A stretch of 20,000 bases of DNA from Catajapyx aquilonaris. Taxonomy: Eukaryota. The translations under genes were made by a program, and so were the position numbers. The notes beneath the pieces are model-generated. The model did no database searches, was not told the origin of the DNA, and saw only the letters and a program-made list of their open reading frames with translations. The DNA is taken from assembly GCA_000934665.2 (NCBI GenBank), contig JYFJ02001741.1, positions 50,701-70,700 on the forward strand, in the 5' to 3' direction. Below are positions 1 to 9,527 of the stretch, piece after piece (positions within the stretch are counted from its first letter, which is position 1; the number at the start of each line of letters is the position of its first letter).

Positions 1-650
1 TAAAACTAATGCTGATTTTCACGCAAGTCAGGTTACGTGAAGTTTCGCTGACATAACAATAATATGGATTGACAACACGAATGGATGAAAATAATATTTG
101 CCCATTTTGAGCACGTACTAACGATGCAATAATTAACAATTTTTGCAAAAAATTACTTTTGCACGACCTTGCACCATAACGAACCTGTTCCTAATGGTGC
201 GCAAGCCAGCTGTTGATGCACTCGGCCATGACACGTTGCCAGTACTGACCTTACAAGACGCAATTCAAACTTGAACTTCGCTCATCCAATCCACCACACA
301 ATGTTTTCGCAAAACTTAGGCTCGAAAAAATCTCTCCAAGGTGACGCAACCTAACAAAAATAACAGCCTTTCATAAATTCCTGAGACTGACCCAACGCTT
401 CCTCGATACAATCAATTGAAAGAAAAAGGTTTTTCCTCCTTTAAAGGTGGCAAAGTCCTACGTCACTGGAATCCTGTTGCTGTCATTTCTCACAGGAAAT
501 CGCCAGGATCTTGACGGCGGAAAAGGTCGTCCATGTCCTAGGACTTATCTTCACGAGTGGCTGCGGCGACTTCCTTTCCGTTTTCTTCTTCTTCCTCGGT
601 CACGGTCACTAGACTTTCTTACCCTCGACCGCCGGCGAAAAACCTTTTCC

Positions 651-682
651 AGAGAGCGAGAGAGAGAGAGAGAGAGAGAGAG
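651..682. repeat. (GA)n/(CT)n dinucleotide microsatellite
   Basis: AGAGAGCGAG followed by (AG)11, read directly. It produces the RERERE/SLSLSL tracts in the overlapping ORFs. Confidence 0.95.
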
Positions 683-1566
683 GTTCCGAGCAATTGGACA
701 CCGCCACGTGATATCGTAGACCCCCTCTTTTTTTTCCGGGGAGAAAATATCTCCGGAGCCCATCTTTTGGTGTTTGCCCACCACAGGGGAAAATTAAATA
801 CACCTGTGTGTTTACCGCAGAGCTTTTTCCAATATCCCCACCGGTCACCCTGGATCGATGGTCACGTCAGGGTGGCACGAAATTGCCAATTTCAAGTGGC
901 GGACAGCTTAAAATATATCCGGTCTTGCCCTTGTGACGCACATCCGGAGAGATCGCTACATGCAAAGATCAGGAATCAAAAGGGAAAATATACTAAAAAT
1001 TTCGATTGTTAATTACGTCTCTGAAAATCCGGTCCGAATAGCATAGAGAAAACCTTCGACGTACTTAATCTTATACGTACAGTAAGACGAATTTTACGTA
1101 AGTCGGGGCTGGCTGCATTTAAAAACTGACATCTATTGATAAATAAAAATCTGAATAATATCACGCAATATGACGAATTTCCGGACAGCCTCATTATAAA
1201 AACCTGCATCAAATGACTGGAAAATTTTTGCCATATTTTTTTCTCGGAAATCCCGCTGAATAATTCAGATGATACTCTTTCCTGTACAAAAAGCTTGCCT
1301 AATTGCTCGTCGAGCCAGATGGCTAGAAGTGAATAATTCCAAGCTTATCCGTGACAGGAAACCAACGATGCACATCGTACACTGCTGGAGCTCCTAAGCC
1401 TCACCTTCTCACGAATCGACCTTGGCTAGGGAACCATTCAGGTAGAATCAAGAAGATCCACACCTCTCTAAAAATCTCTCCATTGGCCACCAGTGGCTTA
1501 TGATGACGCAGACAAAAAAACAACAACAAAATATTACACTTACATAGCATCACACTCTATCCTGGA

Positions 1567-1912
1567 CACGTGACGTCAGCAACGTGATGCCCCCTCCCTA
1601 CGGTACATCGTTCAGGACTATAATACTACCCATAGCCACAAAGGTCATCCAAGATTAATGGCTGCTCGGGACACCTGCCGATGTAAATTTTTATCTCGAA
1701 AAAATCGGACGTTTGGTGACTCACCGGATGGACAAGCACCCCTGAGGGCTATTTCTTCTGGCTAGATAATGACCTTGCAGGCCCTTGTCCTTCTTGTCGG
1801 TGCCCACACACCCACCGAAAAACCGCCTACGTCTTCGAACCACCGTCCTTGAAAGGTCACTCAGGAGCAGCAGCCCAGAAGCCCCTTGGAACCAGTCCCA
1901 ACGATGACCTTT
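1567..1912. promoter_or_regulatory. Candidate enhancer: E-box/CRE, AP-1 and clustered NBRE-type nuclear-receptor sites
   Basis: CACGTG 1567-1572 overlaps TGACGTCA 1571-1578. AAAGGTCA at 1640-1647 and 1852-1859, TGACCTTT 1905-1912, TGACCTTG 1770-1777, TGACTCA 1717-1723. The motifs are seen directly; function is inferred. Confidence 0.5.
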
Positions 1913-2074
1913 AATACGATTGCAGGTGGATGAAGAAGCAACATGCAACTTGGGGTCCATTAACATTCTTACTACCACCACGCCCATTTTCGGGTAGAAA
2001 GAAACTTGGCAGCTAACATGGAATGGCCATCGGGTTCGGATAGACTTGAATGCGCGGGTGAGAAGACATCCCAT
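1725..2074 (-). CDS. Possible coding first exon (MGCLLTRAF...RRNSPQGCLSI-R), unverified
   Basis: The frame is open from the ATG at 2074 to a consensus donor CCG|GTGAGT (intron would start at 1724, phase 2). No recognisable domain. The region may equally be a non-coding enhancer. Confidence 0.15.
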
Positions 2075-2331
2075 CCAAGTCTTTTTTTTGTATGCACGAA
2101 GTCGCACAAAAATATCCTAATCGAACCAGAACAATCATTAACCTAAATGGGGATTGCATGCGAAAAGATTGCACGACGGCATGTGTCGATGAATTTATTC
2201 CTTCCAGCTCGAAATGGGTCATTTTTTATATAGATATCCCAGCACGTCGCATGATACCAATTAGGCAATTTCGCAAGACCCACTAGAAGGCCAATGTGGA
2301 AACGTGATTGTTATATCAAAGCAGTGAAACT

Positions 2332-2541
2332 CAGGGTGGAAAGTTGTACCGTTTTTGGAAAATATAAATACCGGTATGAATCGCTATAAAAAGAATGGGC
2401 TTTCCTTGTTTTCGAGCTGTCATCAGGTTACGCCACCTCGTCGTAATTCACCTGCATGTGACATATGGCAATAAGTACACTGTAACAAAACGCGCAAATG
2501 GGTGTGAGAAAGCGACTTTTTCTACACAACTTTCCACTCTC
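2332..2541. mobile_element. Decayed MITE-like element with hAT-like terminus
   Basis: Inverted repeats AGGGTGGAAAGTTGT (2333-2347) and ACAACTTTCCACTCT (2526-2540) match 14/15 and span about 210 bp. The left end starts CAGGG, as in many hAT TIRs. No target-site duplication is visible. Confidence 0.35.
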
Positions 2542-3394
2542 TAAGATATGACATATCTCCACACGTGTCCTGTGAAACCATGAAGTTCATTGCAGCCAAC
2601 ATACGCGTTTATCTGCGGACATACCCTTTTTATTTGACTCAATATGGTATACAACAAGCCAGTTTTTTTCCCTGGATCCGTCGCATACAATACGCTTTAT
2701 CTTCATGGTTTGATCGAAGACTTCCTCGGTGACGTCGCACAAAACAACCGGAAGCTCCCGGTCTCAACCCGATTGTCCCAAATAAACGGGCTGGAAACGT
2801 CCAAACAAATGTGCGACTCACATGCACTACAGGCCGATAATAACTGTCTCAGAATCGGTGGTGAGCCCGGTCCGAGTGTGGTTCTGGGCCTGCAGAAGCT
2901 TCGCCTAATAAGGAACCGGAGGAACGTTAACCTCGAGCTGCTGGGTTGTTGCACTTCATTTCGCATGGCAGCCATAGGCTATAAATTCGCCTTCCAATGG
3001 TCGACAAGTAACAGCTCCGAACGGTAAAACTATGTTCATCTCTGGCTTGGGTTTCTCCAGGAGGAGTAGCCACCACCCTGCATAATCATGTCAGTCTGCA
3101 CGGGAGTCCGTTTGGAGATAACCATAATGCGAAACACATACACTACAACAGGGCAGATAACACCAGACGTACTTCATGCAACATTGAACTAATTTCCTCC
3201 GCCCATTTTCCAAATGGCGTTGCGTGAGGACCCAACTGGTAAAATCCCTCATTGTCAACACTGATGATATTACCCTGTACTAAACCTAAACGATGATTGC
3301 GACTGCGGCCAGCAACTAATGTGCTCGTGTGAGTGGCCATAAGGAAGTTATTTAGCTTGATGTGAAGTTGAACAAAAAAAAGTAACATTACAGA

Positions 3395-3411
3395 ATGGAT
3401 GGATGGATGGA
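3395..3411. repeat. (ATGG)4 tetranucleotide microsatellite
   Basis: ATGGATGGATGGATGGA read directly. Confidence 0.85.
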
Positions 3412-3980
3412 AGCTCTGAAACAAGAAGCGGCTGACCGACCGGACTTGCCACAAAATTGGCCCCTTGGCACCAGAAAATTCTGCAGAAAAAGAACTAAAC
3501 TGACCAACAGACGGGGGCAAAAACCCCTGGACGAGATCAAAATATAATAATCATCGCCAAGTGTTATATCATCATTAGTATCAGTAATGACACAACTGTA
3601 TATCCAGGTATGACTGCACATACTTATGCAAGCTGAGAGAAAGAAAGAAAAAAACACTGCTCTTGCCTTCTAAGATATTCATAAGAGCGTCACACATTTC
3701 TCCATTACGCGATTAGCCGGTAAAATATTAATGTAGAGCCAACTGCACTCCGCAACATTAAACTCCCCGACGGCCTGAATTATTTTTTTCCTCCTACAAT
3801 TGCACACAGCCCGTGATGGCAAAATTGCACGAAACGACAACCTTTAATCCCAAACGTTGAAAAAGAACTGACGTAATATTGCTTCAAAAATAACTCTCAA
3901 ACTTCAGTAATATTTTAACAATCGATTGAGACTACTTTGTGCACATTACGTGGCGCCAGAAACTAACAATTTGATCTACG

Positions 3981-4100
3981 TACAGTAAACCTCGACTCCT
4001 TTTTTTTGTTGGGAAATCCCGGAAAAACGATGGATCCGGGAAAACCATACATCCGGGAATGATAGATCCAGGTTTCCATGCACGGTATATAGATACTGTA
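3981..4100. mobile_element. Possible degenerate Tc1/mariner/pogo-type non-autonomous relic
   Basis: Begins TA-CAGTAAACCTCGA and ends TACTG-TA. Four internal ATCCVGG units at 4016, 4034, 4051 and 4066. The terminal match is only 7 bp. Confidence 0.3.
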
Positions 4101-6191
4101 AATATTTTATTTTATTTTACTTTTTAATTTCACGGGGGTTTACAATACCGGTATGTTCTGTAACTCATAATCTGTAGAACAAGGTCAAGTAAAACCTTTA
4201 TCTATCGTTCCCGGATGTGTCGCTTTCCAGAATATATCGTTCAATTTCTATGAACCCAACCAATTCTGTTACAGGTTTCCCGCATCTATATCGTTTCATG
4301 GGTCCAAACAAAAAAAATAATGAATAGAGGTTTTCTCTGCTGTATCTGGCCTCACAATGAAGCATCCTTTTGCTCACAACAGTACAGTCCACAATTTCAC
4401 CTAAAACCGGCACCCTAAAACAGCAAATTACAGCTATAAAACATTCCCGAACTGGCAATTTGACACAACAGCTAAATTACACCGGTCGGTACCGCACAGA
4501 GTGAGTCACTCTTGACAAGCCAAGACTCCTCCACAACAATGGCCATTGGGCAGATTTCCCATCGAGTGACACGTGTCTTCTTCCTCTTTTAATTCGAGCC
4601 AAGCAAGAGGGCAAGTGGTCAAGTCGGCCTTTTCTTGCACAGAAGGCTGAAAGGGTGGTTCTTCAGACATCGATCCCTCTTCACATGACCGCGTTTCCTT
4701 CGGCCAAACCCCCTTTTGTGAACGGGTGACGTGACCTTCATGTGCCACAAGGTCCTCCTCTTGGGAAGGTCGAAGCCTTCTTGGTCGTGTACCGGTATGG
4801 CCGCCGCACAACATGAATGTACTACGCACAGCCCAAAATAATAAAACCCTCTCCGAAATATACTTGAGCATCGACTATTATAGACCGCTCCACACACATG
4901 TCATGAATAATGCATGATGCGCAAACAGGTTTCATACCCTCTGCCAATTTTGCTCGTGCACTTTTTGGCAATGCAGACGATTAGCACAAAACAGTAATTA
5001 CGGTTTTACAGTATAATGAACGCAGAAATCGCCTAAAGCCGAAATATGGCTCCGGTAAAAATTACACCCCCTTTCACTCAGCAGGCTTCACTTTCTCCGT
5101 GACAAAACGAGTCGGCAAAACTAGACTTCAATTTTTTGTGTGTACATCCTTCTGGTTCAATGTCAACAAGAGACACAAGAATTTCTGGGAGAATGGAATC
5201 GCGTGACAAAAATTCCCTGGAATTTTTTTGAGAGCGTCTGAAAGTCAACTCCTCAATCTCACTGCGGGCTGAAGAAAATCCGCACGAACTTGAAAACAAT
5301 GACAAGAAGTTGCCTAACAGGTAACAATGTGGTCACGTCAGGGCAGCTCTGCTCCATCACTGTGCAAGGTTTTATTTTAGTGCACTGCCTTTCATTTCAG
5401 ATCCAACTGTTATATACACATTTTTTGTGTGTTGTCCAACCATATAAATTCCGCTCTAATGGATCCCTTGTACGTTGACAATTACTGAGTCCTCTCCTGT
5501 AATTGAAATCGGGCTTAACAATGTAGACGTGTCTGGCCCTTATTTTGTCAAGTGCATCGGACGATGTTTTTTCCCCTTTCAATCTTATCAGTCGATTCTA
5601 GTCACGACAAAAGCTGTCTTTTGCTTTCCTGAAAGTTGCATATGGTCAACTTTCACAAGTCCCATGGAGCACCATGGAAACTCCCTTGCTGTCTTTTTTT
5701 CGGATTAAATGCCTATCGAAGGTCACGGAGGATATTGGCTACACGACTGACCTTACTCTGATGCAAAGCGCATGAAAAAAAAATCGCAAAACCTGTTTCT
5801 GATCAATTCTCAACTTGCTGCACAACCTTGTCCATATTTTTCCACAACAAAATTTCGAACCCCCTGCATGGTGAAAATTTCACCAAAGGCATGTATGTAC
5901 ACACACTATATTAAACAAATATGCAAGAATATACATCCAAGCTTTACATAAATTTTTTGAGACAGATAAAATTCATTACCTAATTTTAACCAAATCTTTA
6001 ATATGTCCTAAACTTGCTGTAATGATTTTAAACACGAATCAAAAAGCAACACTGCCAATATTTTGGACATTTGCACAATTTTTGCGCAGATAAAAAGATG
6101 CCGTACTACTTTTATTATCAAAAAATCGAGCCAATTTGCAGCAGCATAATCAACCAGACATTCTCTGCACAACTGCGCTGAATTGGATGCT

Positions 6192-6420
6192 GTTTCCATA
6201 GAGACCTGCTCCAATCGGCGCAACTGCGTGGTTTAGATGTTTTTTTTTTAAACTCGACCCGTATACCCATAATAGAGCAGGATGTCATGGCAACAGGTCA
6301 TAGATTCATCGCCTTCTGAGAAAATATCGTTTCAATTTGATCCGGGCCACTGCATGTGTTCAGCAAAAATAAAAACAAAAAAGAACGTGGACATAACCCC
6401 CAGAGAGTCTCTATGGCAAC
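6192..6420. promoter_or_regulatory. Cluster of RFX X-box-like sites
   Basis: GTTTCCATAGAGAC 6192-6205, GATGTCATGGCAAC 6281-6294 and GTCTCTATGGCAAC 6407-6420, compared with the X-box consensus GTTNCCATGGNAAC. Confidence 0.5.
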
Positions 6421-8464
6421 TGAATCCAATCACCTTTGCCTGTATTGTCTGGAAGCTCTGAAGTGCACAGCGGACCAGAATGGGGGCGTTTCGACAGTAA
6501 TTTGTTACACACGTAGGCGCGTTTAAGTTAATAAGGAGCGCCATGATAACGTCCCGGTAATCAAAGGCATTAGCGTTTCCCTTCCCTTATTCGCACGCCA
6601 CGTTCCTCTTTTTCCCAGCAGATGATGGTAATCCAGGTAACCCGCGTAAATCGAGTTGCAGCCTCAGCAAATATTTGAATCCCCAAGTTTACACAGCAGC
6701 AGCAAAGTGGCGTAGGAAATAAAATCTTTGCCCAGCAGCGGCTCCTGCAACCAACATCATCCAATATTTATGAATATTCTAGTATCACAATAATCGATCC
6801 CGACACCATTGTCAGATCTCATATCCTAGGCCAAAATGGAGGGCACCAAGTACTGAGGCTCCAAACCCCGCCCTTTCAATCAATACAATTAAATTCCAAG
6901 CGCGACAACAATAATTCAGTGCTGACGTAACGATCCCGTGAGCACTACGAAGAGGAATACGCAATCTGGACGTTTAATCCCATTAGTTAGTATAATTGCA
7001 GTCGCCGAAAACTATTGTAAGTCACGTAACAGCGCAAAGGGCCAAGGTAATATCAACCCAACCCTTTATTATGCATAAATGTGTCGGTCCCAATCGAACA
7101 TTGTTGAAGTATAGATGCTACCAGGAAGCTCGAAGGTTGACTGAACGAGAAATTCCAGACAGCGTGGGCGGATGGGTTTCCTCAAAGAATTCTATACACA
7201 GCAGACGGTATCAAGCTTTGAACTTGATCTACACGAATCACCACTCTTCAAGGGCAGGCCTTATTGGCCAGATTGAGAGCTACAGAGCTCTATAAGAACG
7301 TACGACGGAATCAATTTTTAGGTACAGCATTAAATTCTGGATATTGAACAACATGTTGTGGCGTTGTCTGCAAATATCCTGCCTGAAAAAACACATTCGC
7401 TGTAACGCGCACAAACACTGAATTATTTCCAGAAAACCCCTGCCTCCAGCTGTATACAAGGACTGACGAAATTAAATATGCATTTTGCTTGTACCTGCCC
7501 TTTAAAGCGAAACTACGATCCGATAAAACGGCAATACAACAGTGCCAAAATAAAATTCGCGGTCACGAACAGACGTGCCTTGCAAAGAACTAGACAATGA
7601 TGCAAATCGGGCCCGTGTTTTGCCCACTATTGTTCCAGGCCTTTTGATTGATTTAGAACAACTTCCCCCAGTGGCGATATTAAAGCCGGCATCCGGATTC
7701 TGCCATTCCGGGACGCATAAGTCGTCGTCAACAAGCATCTTCCTTCATGAATAATATCGTTTCCCTAAGGTGAAGCACTAAGGTTGGCGACCCTCGCTTC
7801 CCTAACCAAACATCAAGTTAAACAGACTAGACACACACCATTAGTACGTATGTGAAAAAAGGTGACACATGTCTGTAAGTCTGGTTAATGACAATAATAG
7901 TTCCCGAAAAGTGGTACACAACCTTGAGAAAAAAATCGCACCTTAATGAGGACAAGCAGAGGGGATTGCATCATTATGATTCTTCGGGCTGTTACGAAGG
8001 TGAAATCTGCTGCTAGTATTTATGATCGGGTAAATCCAAACGTGACTCACAAGGTCGACTGTCCTCCCAATTTCAAGGGAAAAGAAAGAGTAATCGGGAG
8101 CACACACTGAATTCCTCTCGAAAAGTTTCTAAGCTTGTACCTATACCCGATGTGTGAATGTTTGTGATGGGAGTTACATTCCGCTAAAAGAAGTAAATTT
8201 AATAAACACGTTAACAAGCAACTTATATGACCGGTTAGATATTGTAAATTTGATTTTAAAATTAAAATAATTGGGAGCATACATACTTCAAAATGTTGCT
8301 AAGTGTGCAGCTTTAATAGTTGGATAATTGGCTGTGGTGTCCCCATAAGGAAGTCATGATAAATTCTCCATCACAGTGTGAATAAACGTAATATTTATAC
8401 AAAATAATAGTAATAATCTGTAGCGCAGTCACACCTTTCATGCCAGCTGCTCTTGCAGAAAGGG

Positions 8465-8536
8465 GTACACTGTACTGTTCAGTCATAGTTTCGACCTCTC
8501 CTGCGGAGAGGTAGAATCTAATTAAGAGCAGTGTAC
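8465..8536. other. Imperfect ~72-nt hairpin
   Basis: Inner stem 8486-8501 with 8505-8520 (14/16 paired, 3-nt loop). Outer stem GTACACTG 8465-8472 with CAGTGTAC 8529-8536. Confidence 0.55.
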
Positions 8537-8813
8537 AGATTACCAGGTTGATCTTGATCAGCCCTCAAGAGAAGTCTCACCTCGTCTGCAATGTGAAGAA
8601 TGGACCCCCGGCTTTCACGTCAGCTTACTGGAAATTGCACTATTTCAAAGCAGCCGAACCGCGGAGCAAATTAATTGGATAACGTGATACCAGTGATAAG
8701 CATCCTTCTTAGCTGGAGCTGAAGGATTGTTTGGAAACAAACCACAGTATGTCCACGCTCCAAAAGTCACAGAATTAATTAGAGGCCGGGTTCAAGACGC
8801 CGGGTTGTTCCTC

Positions 8814-8848
8814 CTCAGACGTCCTTTCCTTCTCAGACGTCTTTTCCT
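8814..8848. repeat. Short tandem duplication, 18-bp period
   Basis: CTCAGACGTCCTTTCCT (8814-8830) and CTCAGACGTCTTTTCCT (8832-8848), 16/17 identical. Confidence 0.8.
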
Positions 8849-8973
8849 CAAAATGTGACTGGCGAGGTCTGATAAAAACCACTCCTGGAGCTTTCAACTT
8901 TTTTCCTCCTCCAACCTTGCGGAAAAATGAAATTTCATTCCGAGCATGGAACAGCTGCAGAAAATTCCTCGTC

Positions 8974-9056
8974 AGGCTAAAGGTCCTCATTTGGGGCTTG
9001 GCCACTGGTCATTTCCAGGAGAAAAAGGATCGCGTGCCCAGATGGGACAAAGGTCA
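8974..9056 (+). promoter_or_regulatory. Pair of DR1 nuclear-receptor elements
   Basis: AGGCTA-A-AGGTCC 8974-8986 and GGGACA-A-AGGTCA 9044-9056. DR1 spacing is established for HNF4, COUP-TF and RXR-containing dimers. Confidence 0.45.
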
Positions 9057-9456
9057 CGTACTTCTCCAGCCAGGATGCGCATACCGCAAGAGTGATCACA
9101 ACCTCCCATTTTTCCTGGTATTATTTCACCTCACGAATTCTTGGTATTGATGCGACGTGAGCAATTACGTAAAGTGGGCAGTGACCAACACCTTCGTGTC
9201 ACAGTGCAAGTGTGGCAATCTTCAAGTGTTGTGGACCACAAATGGAACTTAATTACTTGTCTTTCAGATAAATAGACACCAGCTCCTTATCATCTGACCT
9301 CATTTGCTTATCTCCACGTAATCTTACCATCATATAGCCATTAAGTCGCTCATTCACTTTTACAACGTGGGATCGTCACGCTGGACTGAAAAAAAACCCC
9401 GCGAATCTTTGTAAATATTCACTTTCAAAATAGTAATCTCAGCATGATGAAGCACT

Positions 9457-9527
9457 AACATCTAAAAATTGGGCACGCAATGTTCGTTAGATTTTTATCG
9501 TTAAGTGCCCAATTTTTTTTACATGTT
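9457..9527. repeat. Inverted repeat with 13-bp perfect arms and 28-bp spacer
   Basis: AAAAATTGGGCAC 9464-9476 with GTGCCCAATTTTT 9505-9517. Extends with a gap to AACATCT 9457-9463 and ACATGTT 9521-9527. Confidence 0.75.

Noticed and set aside
447..1012. Overlapping ORFs with RERERE or SR-like sequence (447-719, 551-784, 557-1012, 609-848)
   Set aside because: The low-complexity translations come from the GA microsatellite and purine/pyrimidine bias. There is no RRM or other domain, and most start at non-ATG codons.
2644..3027. 127-aa plus-strand ORF
   Set aside because: No recognisable family or convincing splice boundaries. The length is within chance expectation for a GC-richer patch.
3271..3279. 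TACCCTGTA, the start of miR-10
   Set aside because: The match ends after 9 nt and there is no supporting hairpin.
4506..4871. 121-aa acidic minus-strand ORF
   Set aside because: No domain and only a weak donor (GA|GTGACT). Better explained as a motif-rich non-coding island.
5078..5305. Protein-looking minus-strand ORF (EIEELTFRRSQKNSREFL...)
   Set aside because: An acceptor is plausible, but there is no good donor and no recognisable homology.
9434..9443. TAATCTCAGC, the start of miR-216
   Set aside because: Only 10 nt match and the remainder diverges. No precursor hairpin includes it.
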